64,000 nt of DNA. Origin: Candidatus Yonathbacteria bacterium RIFOXYD1_FULL_52_36. GTDB lineage: Bacteria > Patescibacteriota > Minisyncoccia > Phycocordibacterales > UBA1539_B. The stretch covers positions 38,589 to 102,588 of the forward strand of contig MHUZ01000034.1 in the NCBI GenBank assembly GCA_001823605.1. Direction: 5' to 3'. Position 1 is the first letter of the stretch. Each line of letters starts with the position of its first letter. A program made the translations under genes and the position numbers. Positions 18,873 to 29,064 of this stretch are shown here, one piece after another. Under the pieces are notes generated by a model. The model made no database searches. It was not told the origin of the DNA and worked only from the letters and a program-made list of their open reading frames with translations.

Positions 18873-19619
18873 TTATGCGTTCTTTGTCATACGTGAAGCG
18901 ATCGTCTTTACGCTCTCTTCAGGACCGGCAATAACGAGGTACTTGTGATTCATCACGATGTACGGATTCAAGTCCTTTGCCTGCAATACCTCCATGTTGG
19001 AGAAATTGCGGAAACTTTTCTCTGCAGAAATGTTACGGCCAGGGAGTGCAATGAGTGCGGTGTTGGTCTTCTTGGTTGAAAGCTTCTCAAATCCTTTCAC
19101 GGTCGAGAGTGCTCCCACAACGCCCTTCGCGTCTTTGGTCTTTGGTGCTGAAAAATCGAGAGCGTCCACGAAGAGCACATGTCCCGAGCGAAATTTCTCG
19201 GAGAGCACTGTGTAGAGCGCTTTTGCGCGCATCTTTTTGTTGACCTTCTTCGTGTATGCCTTCTCGTTGCGCGGACCATGAGCGACACCACCGCCACGCC
19301 AGAGCGGTGAGCGGATTGATCCGTGACGAGCACGGCCGGTACCCTTCTGGCGCCATGGCTTTTTACCGCCACCAGCAACATCACTGCGATCTTTGGTGTG
19401 AGCCACCGGTGTACGCATGTTTGAGCGGATCGCCTCGACCACTTGGTGCACGAGGTCGGCATTCCAATTAAGGCCGAATACTTCCTCCGGGAGGTTCATT
19501 TTCCCTGATTCTTTGCCTTTCTGGCTGTATACCGTTGCCTCCATACTCAAAGGAGCCTTGGGCGTCTTTGGTGCGCTTGTTTTTGCTCCCTTATTCTGTT
19601 TTGTTTCTTTTTTAGACAT
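18873..19619 (-). CDS. rplD: 50S ribosomal protein L4
   Basis: GGGKKPWRQKGTGRARHGSIRSP. Confidence 0.98.
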   Translation of the reverse strand: MSKKETKQNKGAKTSAPKTPKAPLSMEATVYSQKGKESGKMNLPEEVFGLNWNADLVHQVVEAIRSNMRTPVAHTKDRSDVAGGGKKPWRQKGTGRARHGSIRSPLWRGGGVAHGPRNEKAYTKKVNKKMRAKALYTVLSEKFRSGHVLFVDALDFSAPKTKDAKGVVGALSTVKGFEKLSTKKTNTALIALPGRNISAEKSFRNFSNMEVLQAKDLNPYIVMNHKYLVIAGPEESVKTIASRMTKNA

Positions 19620-19657
19620 GGTGTTGCTTGAGTGTTCTCACGAGACACGTATTCAAA

Positions 19658-20272
19658 TTAGCCGCGTACTTCGAGTAGGGTTCCGCGTCGTCCCGGAAGA
19701 GCACCTGAGATAAGCATCTTGCCGCCTTCCGCATCAACCGCAAGAACAGTAAGTTCCTTGACCGTTACCCGATCAGCTCCCATACGCCCTGCCATTCTGC
19801 GTCCCTTGAAAACGCGCTGTGGTCCTGTTGCACCGATCGAACCCGGCTCACGCTCTGAGTGCTTCTGGCCGTGCGAACGCGGACCTCCATGGAATCCATG
19901 GCGCTTGACCACTCCCTGGAATCCTTTACCTTTCGTGATTCCTGAAACAGCGACTTTATCTCCCGGCGCAAAAACGCCTGCATCGATCACTGCACCGCGC
20001 TCATACTTTCCTGCTTCTCCCGCATCAACGCGAAACTCGCGAACGAAACGGAACGAGCCGAGATCTTTCCATGCACCCTTCTGTGCTTTTCCGAGGTTCT
20101 TGTCTGCTTTTGTTCCCATGCCAACCTGTACGGCAGTATACCCGTCGCGTTCAGTCGTGCGAATATCCGACACTTTGTTGGGGGTAGCAGTAATGAGCGT
20201 CGCGGCATATGCTTTGCCGGTCTGGTCGAAAAACTGAACCATTTCTTCTTTTGTTCCGAGAATGAATTTCAT
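19658..20272 (-). CDS. rplC: 50S ribosomal protein L3
   Basis: DGYTAVQ, KGKGFQGVVKRH, PGSIG. Confidence 0.98.
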   Translation of the reverse strand: MKFILGTKEEMVQFFDQTGKAYAATLITATPNKVSDIRTTERDGYTAVQVGMGTKADKNLGKAQKGAWKDLGSFRFVREFRVDAGEAGKYERGAVIDAGVFAPGDKVAVSGITKGKGFQGVVKRHGFHGGPRSHGQKHSEREPGSIGATGPQRVFKGRRMAGRMGADRVTVKELTVLAVDAEGGKMLISGALPGRRGTLLEVRG

Positions 20273-20364
20273 ATCTGTTTTCTGAAGCGTCCTTTCGGTA
20301 GCTTACAAGTCCCCTAACGCCTTCCAAAAATGGAGGTCGTCAGGAGACCTAAAGCCGCCCAAAG

Positions 20365-20724
20365 CTACATCATCTTCACGTCAATGCTTACGCCTGAAGG
20401 AAGTGAGAGATTGGTAAGCGATTCAATGACCTTAGGCATCGGGTTCAAGATATCAATCAATCGCTTGTGAATTCGTATTTCGAACTGTTCTCGCGCGTTC
20501 TTGTATACGAATGCTGCACGGTTGACGGTGTATTTCTTGATCTCCGTAGGGAGCGGGATGGGGCCGAGGATCTTTGCATCGTAGCGAAGTGCCGTATCCA
20601 TGATCTGGCGCACTGAAGCGTCCAAGATCTTGCTGTCATACGCACGCACACGAATGCGAAGCTTGTGGGCAACATCCTTTTCTTTTGCCGGTTTTGTTTT
20701 TGTTTTTTTCTCTGCAACAGTCAT
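20365..20724 (-). CDS. rpsJ: 30S ribosomal protein S10
   Basis: GPIPLPT, REQFEIRIHKRLIDI. Confidence 0.98.
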   Translation of the reverse strand: MTVAEKKTKTKPAKEKDVAHKLRIRVRAYDSKILDASVRQIMDTALRYDAKILGPIPLPTEIKKYTVNRAAFVYKNAREQFEIRIHKRLIDILNPMPKVIESLTNLSLPSGVSIDVKMM

Positions 20725-20747
20725 TGTAGGGTAGATAAGGGGGAACG

Positions 20748-21941
20748 TTATGCGACGATCTTTGAGACCACGCCGGCGCCGATTGTCTTGCCACCCTCAC
20801 GGATCGCGAAACGCTGCTTCTCTTCAAGGGCGACCGGGGCGATGAGCTTCACCTTAAAGGTGATCGTGTCGCCTGGCATAACCATCTGCACGCCGTCGGG
20901 GAGGGTAACCTCGCCCGTAACGTCAGCGGTGCGGATGTAGAACTGAGGCTTGTAGCCGTTCATAAATGGGCTGTGGCGGCCACCTTCGTCTTTGTTGAGG
21001 ATGTATACCTCAGCTTCGAAGTCGGTGTGCGGCTTTACAGTACCCGGCTTTGCGATAACCTGACCACGGGTGATGTCCTCCTTTTTGATACCACGGATGA
21101 GGATGCCGGCATTGTCGCCTGCCATACCTTCCGTAAGCGTCTTGTTGAACATTTCGATACCCGTAACGGTTGACTTCATCGCATCCTTGAAACCAAGGAT
21201 CTCGATTTCTTCACCAACCTTTACGATACCGCGCTCGATCTTGCCGGTAACCACCGTACCACGTCCTTCGATCGAGAATACGTCTTCAACCGGCATAATG
21301 AACGGTTTGGTCGTATCGCGCTCAGGGACCGGAATGAAGTCATCGAGAGCCTGCACGAGGTCAAGGACCTTCTTTGCCCACTCGTCGTCAGCAGACTTTG
21401 CCTCGAGAGCTTTGAGGGCTGAACCGCGGATAACCGGGGCATTCTTGCCGTCAAATTCGTTCTTAGTAAGGAGCTCGCGGATTTCTTCTTCCACGAGGTC
21501 GATCATGTCCGGATCATCAACCATATCACACTTGTTGAGGAACACGATGATGCGAGGGACGCCAACCTGACGTGCAAGAAGGATGTGCTCGCGTGTCTGG
21601 GGCATTGCACCGTCAGTTGCAGCAACCACGATGATCGCACCGTCCATCTGTGCTGCGCCGGTGATCATGTTCTTGATGTAGTCGGCGTGGCCCGGAGCGT
21701 CGATGTGCGCGTAGTGGCGCGTATCGCTTTCGTACTCGTTGTGCGAGAGCGCAATAGTGATTCCGCGTGCCTTTTCTTCAGGTGCGGAGTCAATCTGACT
21801 AACTGACTTCATCTTGACCGTCTTTCCTGCCAAGCTCAACACATGGAGGATCGCGGCGGTAAGAGTCGTCTTGCCGTGGTCAACGTGGCCGATAGTACCA
21901 ACGTTTACGTGCGGCTTGGAACGCTTAAATTCTTCTGCCAT
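20748..21941 (-). CDS. tuf: Elongation factor Tu
   Basis: [28 protein letters not shown]. Confidence 0.99.
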   Translation of the reverse strand: MAEEFKRSKPHVNVGTIGHVDHGKTTLTAAILHVLSLAGKTVKMKSVSQIDSAPEEKARGITIALSHNEYESDTRHYAHIDAPGHADYIKNMITGAAQMDGAIIVVAATDGAMPQTREHILLARQVGVPRIIVFLNKCDMVDDPDMIDLVEEEIRELLTKNEFDGKNAPVIRGSALKALEAKSADDEWAKKVLDLVQALDDFIPVPERDTTKPFIMPVEDVFSIEGRGTVVTGKIERGIVKVGEEIEILGFKDAMKSTVTGIEMFNKTLTEGMAGDNAGILIRGIKKEDITRGQVIAKPGTVKPHTDFEAEVYILNKDEGGRHSPFMNGYKPQFYIRTADVTGEVTLPDGVQMVMPGDTITFKVKLIAPVALEEKQRFAIREGGKTIGAGVVSKIVA

Positions 21942-22111
21942 AAGAATAATAGGCTGTGAGAAAACGTCGAAAGATGAGTGCGCGAGAACACTCCCTCATC
22001 CCTCGTCGCTTTCCGCGAGCGCAATGAATTAGTTACTAAAAAGAAAAGCACCGGACAGCTCTCCGTTTAAGACAAAAACAAAAAGCGGAATGCACATCCG
22101 ATATGGGGGCT

Positions 22112-22139
22112 ATAGTATCAGAACGCGGGATTAAGTCAA
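22112..22139 (-). promoter_or_regulatory. tuf promoter
   Basis: TTGACT-N16-TACTAT with extended TG, just inside a terminator-like hairpin at ~22188-22210. Confidence 0.6.
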
Positions 22140-22231
22140 GCGATTATGGGCCGGTCAACCCCTGAGAAACCCTCGGCGGGCAAAAAGAAACCCCGCACAG
22201 GGCGGGGTTCGGTTCTTGGCTGAACAAAAGA

Positions 22232-22750
22232 TCAGGGCGTAAGGTCGATAGCCTTGGTCTGATTGCGCGGAATAAGGATCAATGCCCGTTCGCCAGGTTC
22301 ATTGACCCCTTCTTTTGCGGCAAGCCGTGCCAGAAGGTGGTTTGGATTCAGCCGTTCTGACGGAGCGCGAGTGCATGGAACTTCATACACACAGAGATCG
22401 AACCCCGCGAACGGCGATAGGGCATGGAAAAACTCATATCCCGCATCACCACACAAGGTTTTTGCAACATCACGCTCCTTAGAATCACAGTCGGAAAGGT
22501 ATGTGCGAATATGGCTATCCTGCTGGTCGAAATTAGTAAAAAAATCAACCCAGGGAACATATTCCCCTCTGACAAGATCCATCACCCGCTCATAGTAATC
22601 CTCTCGAGTGGTGTTGTTTTTCCGTAAAATGAAAATTTCATCCTCGCGAGAAAACAATGTTTTCTCAGCCATCGCGGCACGGACCATGAGGTATAACGCA
22701 CCCTCACAACGACCTTGCTGATTCAATACCACCATTGCATTCTTTGGCAT
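22232..22750 (-). CDS. Orphan hypothetical protein (172 aa)
   Basis: ORF with AAGGGAGG SD and a downstream hairpin. Confidence 0.65.
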   Translation of the reverse strand: MPKNAMVVLNQQGRCEGALYLMVRAAMAEKTLFSREDEIFILRKNNTTREDYYERVMDLVRGEYVPWVDFFTNFDQQDSHIRTYLSDCDSKERDVAKTLCGDAGYEFFHALSPFAGFDLCVYEVPCTRAPSERLNPNHLLARLAAKEGVNEPGERALILIPRNQTKAIDLTP

Positions 22751-22822
22751 CTCATACGTCCTCCCTTACAAGTTCATGGAATGTACAACAAAAAACTGTC
22801 GCGCAGTGTACAACAAAAAATC

Positions 22823-23305
22823 CTATTGCGCAAGCTTTGCCCCAAAAATCTTATTGTAGAGCCACGATCCAACGCACCAGTGAGTGGTCGCCATAAGCCC
22901 CGCCGCGACAATATAGCCGACCCCAAAGCCATATCCCCAGGTAGTAGCGCCCACAAAAAACGAATACGTGGCACCAATGAGGAACGCTGCGCCAAGGGCG
23001 CACGCAAAGCGCTTCTGAGGCGGTGCAGGCGGGAGCTTCGGCGTTCGAAACAGCTTGTAAAATAAGGTGTTATAGAGGACATCCACTGGCTGTCCTTTTG
23101 GGAAAATAGTCCCCAAAATTCCAAAAATGCTGAGTACCGCAAAGACCTCCCAGCTCCCCAAAACCATACCGACGACGACACCAACACTGCACACTGTCGG
23201 TGTGAACCGGAGTGGTAGATTGAGTCTAATTTTCTCTTCAGTTGAAAACGCTGTATACCCCTGTGCATCAAGATGCGCGCACGTGCGTGGTGAAATTGTG
23301 TTCAT
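22823..23305 (-). CDS. DUF4395-like membrane protein
   Basis: TM segments; P..P.RFA..lG and C.G..LY motifs. Confidence 0.7.
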   Translation of the reverse strand: MNTISPRTCAHLDAQGYTAFSTEEKIRLNLPLRFTPTVCSVGVVVGMVLGSWEVFAVLSIFGILGTIFPKGQPVDVLYNTLFYKLFRTPKLPPAPPQKRFACALGAAFLIGATYSFFVGATTWGYGFGVGYIVAAGLMATTHWCVGSWLYNKIFGAKLAQ

Positions 23306-23368
23306 TGTTTAATTGTAACAGAGAACCCGCGCAAGTGCGCGGGTTTTGAACTACGGCTTCTGTAATTA

Positions 23369-23539
23369 TTACTTCAGCACTTTCTGAGGAATATTCTCCG
23401 GAGGGATTTCCCCGAGAATCTCTCTTTTGAGCTTCCGAAGTTGCGCTATCGTATGATTGCATGCGCTGAGGGCACTCTGAAGCTCTGAGCGCACGTCGTG
23501 GCCATTCTTAGGGGTAGTAGAGTTTCGTGACACACCCAT
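23369..23539 (-). CDS. Small orphan protein (56 aa)
   Basis: AAAGGAGGT SD 6 nt before ATG 23539; flanked by hairpins. Confidence 0.6.
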   Translation of the reverse strand: MGVSRNSTTPKNGHDVRSELQSALSACNHTIAQLRKLKREILGEIPPENIPQKVLK

Positions 23540-23642
23540 CGAGAAACCTCCTTTCGTAATGATCCTCACCCAGCGTACCATGCGGTAACGAAAAAACCAC
23601 ACCTTTTCAGATGTGGTTTTTTCGTTCTAAGGAACAAGATGA

Positions 23643-25685
23643 TTATTTGCGTGCTTCGATGATCGTCTGCGCTACGTTCGTAGGAACGATCTCGTAGTGA
23701 TCGAATTCCATCGTGAAACTTGCGCGACCTTCGGTCATTGAGCGGAGCGACGTAATGTAGCCGAACATTTCCGAAAGAGGAACCTTCGCCTTCACCACTT
23801 TGTACATGCCGCGCTCTTCCATACCTTCGATCTGTCCGCGCTTCGATGAGAGGTTGCCGGTAACATCACCCATGAACTGGTCCGGAGTAACCACCTCAAC
23901 CTTCATGACTGGCTCGAGAATGACCGGAGACGCTTTGCGTGCTGCCTCCTGCAGTGCCTGTGCTGCGGCGATCTTGAACGCAATTTCTGAAGAGTCCACT
24001 TCGTGGAATGAACCGTCGTAGAGCTCTACTGAAATATCAACGAGGTTGTAGCCGGCAAGAATACCGCGCTCCATTCCTTCCTTGAGACCTTTTTCGATCG
24101 GTGAGATGTATTCCTGCGGAATGACGCCTCCTTTGATGCTGTTGATGAATTCAAAACCCTGCTCACGCTTAACGTTCTTTGCGACTGTCTCTCCCTCAGC
24201 GAGGGGTACAAGAGGCTTCATGCGGATCTTCACGTGACCGTACTGACCGCGACCACCGGACTGCTTGATGTACTTGTTTTCCACCTCAGCTTCTTTGGTG
24301 ATGGTTTCTTTGTAGGCCACTTGAGGACGACCAACATTCGTCTCAACGCTAAACTCGCGCTTCATGCGATCAACGAGAATTTCGAGGTGCAATTCACCCA
24401 TTCCCCAAATAACCGTCTCGGCTGTTTCTGCGTTGGTGGTAATGCGGAACGTCGGGTCTTCGTCTGAAAGGCGCTTAAGTGCCATACCCATTTTTTCCTG
24501 GTCTGCTTTTGTCTTTGCGTTCTTGAGACCTACCGCTGCGGCGATATCGCCAGCAAAAACTTTCTTCACTTCCTCGCGCTGGTCTGCCTGAAGGCGCACA
24601 ATGCGGGAAAGGCGTTCCTTTTCCCCGGTTGTTGAGTTGTAAATATATGAACCAGCTTCAAGTGTCCCTGAGTACACACGGAAGAAGGTGAGTTGTCCGA
24701 CGAACGGATCTGACTGGAGCTTGAAGGCGAGTGCAGAGAACGGTTCTGTGTCTGATGCATGGCGCTCGATCGGCTCATCAGTGCGCGGATCAGTACCTTT
24801 CATTGCCTGAATATCCATCGGAGAAGGAAGGTAATCTACCACGGCATCAAGCACGAGCTGAACACCTTTGTTCTTGAGCGCTGTTCCGGTGAATACAGGA
24901 AATATCGCATTCGCAATGACTGCCTTGCGGAGCGTAGCCTTTAGTTTATCCATGGGGATCACGCCTCCGGCGAGGTACTCATTCATGAGCGTCTCGTCGT
25001 TCTCAACGATCTTTTCGATGAGTTCTGCGCGATACTTCTCTGCATCAGCGAGCATGTTCTCTGGAACCTCTCCCTCAATGATCTGCTCGCCCATTTTACC
25101 GTCGTGGCGGTATGACTTCATTTTGAGAAGATCCACAACCCCTTCGAAGTCGCCTTCAGCGCCGATCGGCAGCTGCATGCGAACCGCATTCTTATTCAAG
25201 CGGTCAAGAATGCTCTGGAACGAACGCTCGAATGATGCACCCGTACGATCAAGCTTGTTGATGAAACAAATGCGTGGCACCTGAGCCTCGTCGGCATAGC
25301 GCCAGTTGGTCTCTGACTGAGGCTCAACACCGGCAACACCGTCAAATACCACCACGGCACCGTCGAGGACGCGGAGCGAACGCTTCACCTCCACGGTAAA
25401 GTCAATGTGTCCCGGCGTGTCGATAATATTGAAACGATACTTCGTCTTTGCAGGATCGTCGGTCTTTGTCCAAAAACAGCTCACAGCAGCGGCGGTAATG
25501 GTGATACCGCGCTCGCGCTCTTGTTCCATCCAGTCGGTGACCGTCTCACCTTCGTGAACCTCGCCGATCTTGTGCGTCATCCCCGTGTAGAAGAGGATAC
25601 GCTCTGAAGTGGTTGTCTTTCCTGCGTCAATGTGGGCAATGATCCCAAAATTGCGCAACATTTCCAATGGGTAGTCTCGTTCCAT
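23643..25685 (-). CDS. fusA: Elongation factor G with apparent ~30-aa in-frame deletion
   Basis: [33 protein letters not shown]; GLKNAKT is joined directly to KADQEK. Confidence 0.95.
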   Translation of the reverse strand: MERDYPLEMLRNFGIIAHIDAGKTTTSERILFYTGMTHKIGEVHEGETVTDWMEQERERGITITAAAVSCFWTKTDDPAKTKYRFNIIDTPGHIDFTVEVKRSLRVLDGAVVVFDGVAGVEPQSETNWRYADEAQVPRICFINKLDRTGASFERSFQSILDRLNKNAVRMQLPIGAEGDFEGVVDLLKMKSYRHDGKMGEQIIEGEVPENMLADAEKYRAELIEKIVENDETLMNEYLAGGVIPMDKLKATLRKAVIANAIFPVFTGTALKNKGVQLVLDAVVDYLPSPMDIQAMKGTDPRTDEPIERHASDTEPFSALAFKLQSDPFVGQLTFFRVYSGTLEAGSYIYNSTTGEKERLSRIVRLQADQREEVKKVFAGDIAAAVGLKNAKTKADQEKMGMALKRLSDEDPTFRITTNAETAETVIWGMGELHLEILVDRMKREFSVETNVGRPQVAYKETITKEAEVENKYIKQSGGRGQYGHVKIRMKPLVPLAEGETVAKNVKREQGFEFINSIKGGVIPQEYISPIEKGLKEGMERGILAGYNLVDISVELYDGSFHEVDSSEIAFKIAAAQALQEAARKASPVILEPVMKVEVVTPDQFMGDVTGNLSSKRGQIEGMEERGMYKVVKAKVPLSEMFGYITSLRSMTEGRASFTMEFDHYEIVPTNVAQTIIEARK

Positions 25686-25882
25686 AAATTACTTTGTAAA
25701 ATATTTTAAATTAAAGTTTTTCGGTGGGACACCATCTCAGATCAAGGCGCGTTATTTTGGGTACTCTCCCAACAACGAGCTTCTGTTTTTACGAAAGACT
25801 CACGGAGCGCGGCGGCGCGAGTGTAAGAAAAATTCAGTAGAATTTTATCTGTGTCTTTCGTAAAGACAGAAACGAGCGCCAA

Positions 25883-26353
25883 CTACCAGGCGAAGTGCGC
25901 AAAGGCTTTGTTCGCCTCTGCCATCTTGTGCGTGTTGTCACGCTTCTTGATCGCCTCGCCTTCGTTCTTGCTTGCGGCAATGAGCTCATCAGCGAGCTTC
26001 ATGTGCATAGGCGTTCCTTTTTTTGAACGTGCCGCCTCAAGGATCCAGCGCATCGCAAGTGCCAAACGGCGCTCGGTGCGCACCTCGCGAGGAACGAGAT
26101 AGTTTGCCCCACCAACGCGGCGTGAGCGGATCTCAACGATCGGGCCTGCATTCTTGAGCGCGAGCTCAAAAACCTCAAGCGGATCTTCCGTCTTGAGCTT
26201 CTCTTTGATCACATCAAATGAACCGTACACGATCTTGCGTGCGGTGTTCTTTTTACCCTCTTTCATCACATGGTTGATGAATTTCTCCACCTTCATGGAA
26301 TCATGAATGAGATCAGGTTTTACGATGTTTCGGTTTTTTACGGGTCGACGCAT
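25883..26353 (-). CDS. rpsG: 30S ribosomal protein S7
   Basis: [20 protein letters not shown]. Confidence 0.98.
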   Translation of the reverse strand: MRRPVKNRNIVKPDLIHDSMKVEKFINHVMKEGKKNTARKIVYGSFDVIKEKLKTEDPLEVFELALKNAGPIVEIRSRRVGGANYLVPREVRTERRLALAMRWILEAARSKKGTPMHMKLADELIAASKNEGEAIKKRDNTHKMAEANKAFAHFAW

Positions 26354-26358
26354 ATGAA

Positions 26359-26781
26359 TTACTTCTTAACTGCCTTAGGGCGCTTATTACCATAGAGTGA
26401 GCGGCCCTTGCGGCGCTTCTCGACACCAGCGGTATCGAGTACACCACGCACGATGTGGTAGCGCACACCGCCCAAGTCTTTGACGCGACCTCCGCGAATG
26501 ACCACTACTGAGTGTTCCTGGAGGTTGTGTCCCATTCCTGGAATGTAGGCGGTAACTTCCATACCGTTCGTCAAACGAACGCGGGCAATCTTACGGAGTG
26601 CCGAGTTCGGCTTTTTCGGCGTGGTGGTAGTAACCTTGGTGCATACTCCGCGCTTGAACGGTGCTGAGTAGTGTACGGGACGATTCTGAAGAGTATTGAA
26701 TCCGCGGCGCAAAGCAACAGAACGCGATTTTTTGATCGGGCTCTTGCGATTCTTGCGAACAAGCTGATTAAGTGTTGCCAT
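26359..26781 (-). CDS. rpsL: 30S ribosomal protein S12
   Basis: [26 protein letters not shown]. Confidence 0.98.
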   Translation of the reverse strand: MATLNQLVRKNRKSPIKKSRSVALRRGFNTLQNRPVHYSAPFKRGVCTKVTTTTPKKPNSALRKIARVRLTNGMEVTAYIPGMGHNLQEHSVVVIRGGRVKDLGGVRYHIVRGVLDTAGVEKRRKGRSLYGNKRPKAVKK

Positions 26782-26885
26782 GTGGTGTATTCAAAAGAAA
26801 ATGCCGCCGAAAAGGCAGTGAGGACACTCTACTATGAGGGAGAGAAAAATGCAAGCATCGAGAGGCGGCAATTACTCGTGCGCGC

Positions 26886-27503
26886 CTATAGGGGAAGTGC
26901 TGTTCCGGCGAACAATGCAAAGATGAAGCGCGTAGCAGGGATAACGATCACCCCCGCAAATAAAATGACCGGAATAATAAGGACGTACCAGTACTGTTCC
27001 ATGGTTTCCTCAATGTGCCTAAACTGCACGGGAAGGACCGCAAAGAGCACTTTTGCCCCGTCGAGTGGAGGCACCGGAAGAAGGTTGAACACCGCGAGAA
27101 GCGCGTTCACAAATACAATGATCGCGGAGATCTCAATGAATGCCGGTGGAAGCCCCGCACCGAACCGTATGATCATCCCAAAAACAAAGGCCAGAAGCAG
27201 GTTGGCGAGCACCCCGGCCGCGCCTACGAGAGCCGTCCCCCACCGTTGATTCCTTAGATTGTAAGGGTTGTACGGCACCGGCTTTGCCCAGCCAAACAAT
27301 ATGTTTGAGTGCATGAGCACCAATGTTGCCGGCAAAATGACCGACCCCAACGGGTCAATGTGGGGCAAAGGGTTGAGCGTAAGCCGTCCGGCAAGGCGCG
27401 CGGTCGGATCGCCCAGAATATTCGCCATATATCCGTGGGAAACCTCGTGGATCACCACAGACATAATGAGCACGAGCACATAAAAGATGATATCTGCTTG
27501 CAT
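26886..27503 (-). CDS. Site-2 protease (M50 family)
   Basis: HEVSHG, RLTLNP, GWAKPVP, FNLLPVPPLDG. Confidence 0.93.
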   Translation of the reverse strand: MQADIIFYVLVLIMSVVIHEVSHGYMANILGDPTARLAGRLTLNPLPHIDPLGSVILPATLVLMHSNILFGWAKPVPYNPYNLRNQRWGTALVGAAGVLANLLLAFVFGMIIRFGAGLPPAFIEISAIIVFVNALLAVFNLLPVPPLDGAKVLFAVLPVQFRHIEETMEQYWYVLIIPVILFAGVIVIPATRFIFALFAGTALPL

Positions 27504-27534
27504 AATATACCGCTTATGATACCATACGCGGACT

Positions 27535-27768
27535 ATGGCGAAAACATGTCCCATCTGTGATAAAGGTTCCCGCGTCGTTGGCGGATACTCAAACCGCGTT
27601 CGCGCAACCAAGTTCAACCCGACCGGCAAGCGTCGCGTTCACCCCAACCTTCAGTGGGCTCCCCTCTCTGACGGCACTCGCATGAAAATGTGTACCCGCT
27701 GCATGAAGGCAGGCAAGCACCTCGAGGTGAAAGTGAAGGCTCCCAAGAAATCTGTCGTAGCAGCGTAA
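27535..27768 (+). CDS. rpmB: 50S ribosomal protein L28
   Basis: MAKTCPICDKG, R.HPNLQ, CTRC. Confidence 0.9.
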   Translation: MAKTCPICDKGSRVVGGYSNRVRATKFNPTGKRRVHPNLQWAPLSDGTRMKMCTRCMKAGKHLEVKVKAPKKSVVAA

Positions 27769-27786
27769 TATCTAAGAAAATCAATC

Positions 27787-27823
27787 AAATCAAACGGCTC
27801 ACCCAAGGTGAGCCGTTTGATTT
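27787..27823. repeat. AAACGGCTCA palindrome, copy 3
   Basis: AAATCAAACGGCTCACC-CAA-GGTGAGCCGTTTGATTT. Confidence 0.9.
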
Positions 27824-27880
27824 TCAATAAAAAGCGGGGCAATACCCCGCTTTGATATATGTTTGACAGTGCGTAAGGGT

Positions 27881-28087
27881 TTAAACCTTCACCTTCGCCT
27901 CATTTTCTTCTGCGTGTTGTATTGCCCCATTGTTTTCTAAATAGTTCCAAGCAAGCTCGTCGGGGGTCGGCTCACGGCCGAGCTTCTTTCCGGTGACATA
28001 TACATTAAAGGGGCTTAGAACCTTCTCCACCTGCATCTGCAGATACTCTTCGCCGCTGATCGTGGGATCATCAGCCAGCTTATTCAT
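27881..28087 (-). CDS. Small orphan protein (68 aa)
   Basis: GGAGGTG SD; TTGAAT-N16-TATACT promoter at 28141-28168. Confidence 0.65.
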   Translation of the reverse strand: MNKLADDPTISGEEYLQMQVEKVLSPFNVYVTGKKLGREPTPDELAWNYLENNGAIQHAEENEAKVKV

Positions 28088-28186
28088 AGACACCTCCATA
28101 CAGTGGAATACTACACCTAAGCACGGTACTTCTGTCGATGAGTATATTCCTCCCGCTACTAAATTCAACTCAAGGCTGTGCATAAC

Positions 28187-29041
28187 TTATCGCACCCGCC
28201 AGATAGTTTTTCCGTCGCTTTTAAAAATGATCGTGCCTTGATCGGCGGTGTTTAAAACTTCGATGTCTGCTTCTTGAAATGTATCGAGAGTTTCCTTGTG
28301 GGGATGGCCATAGGAATTGTTGCTGCCGGAAGAGATGACTGCCGTCTGTGGACTGACTGCCGCAACAAATTCCGGAACACTCGACGTGCGCGAGCCATGA
28401 TGTCCTGCTTTTAAAATATCGCTGTTGACCTTCTCTCCGTCGAGCACGAGCACGTATTGTTCTATCTCGTCCGGTGCATCACCTGGAAACATCACGGACG
28501 TATCGCCGTAGATCAATCGCCCCACGATCGAGCCGGTGTTGGTCGTAACGCCTGAAACATCTCGATCGGGGAACAGCACTTCAAAGTGCGCGCCGCCCCC
28601 AAGGTCGATCACGGTCCCGCGCCGTGCCACGATACGCGTAGCATGGGTGTCTCCTTTTTGTTTCAGAGCCTCATACACGCCGGATGCGCCGATGGTTCCC
28701 GGCTCTACCACCGCGCCGATCCCATACCGCTCAAGAAGCGGAATGAATCCGGCAATATGATCCTTGTCCGGATTTGAAACAAGGATCACATTCACGGTGC
28801 GGTCAAAGAACGGCATCACCTCTGCAAGCGAACGGAGCATCCCACGGTCGGGTCCGCCGTCGATCAACATATCGCCACCGCCCGGCGCACGCACATAGAT
28901 CGCGTCCCCTTGTCCCACGTCGAGAAACGCAATGGTGAGGAGACGCGCATCAGCGCGATACGCTAGATACTGCCATCCAACAAGCGCACAAAAAATACTT
29001 CCCCCAATAACGAAAGCGGTGATCCGGTACGCATTCTTCAT
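28187..29041 (-). CDS. ComEC/Rec2-related MBL-fold domain protein
   Basis: FLDVGQGDA, IDGG, D.DHI, HHGSRTS, YGHPH. Confidence 0.92.
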   Translation of the reverse strand: MKNAYRITAFVIGGSIFCALVGWQYLAYRADARLLTIAFLDVGQGDAIYVRAPGGGDMLIDGGPDRGMLRSLAEVMPFFDRTVNVILVSNPDKDHIAGFIPLLERYGIGAVVEPGTIGASGVYEALKQKGDTHATRIVARRGTVIDLGGGAHFEVLFPDRDVSGVTTNTGSIVGRLIYGDTSVMFPGDAPDEIEQYVLVLDGEKVNSDILKAGHHGSRTSSVPEFVAAVSPQTAVISSGSNNSYGHPHKETLDTFQEADIEVLNTADQGTIIFKSDGKTIWRVR

Positions 29042-29064
29042 TCATGAATGGTACAATGCGACGT

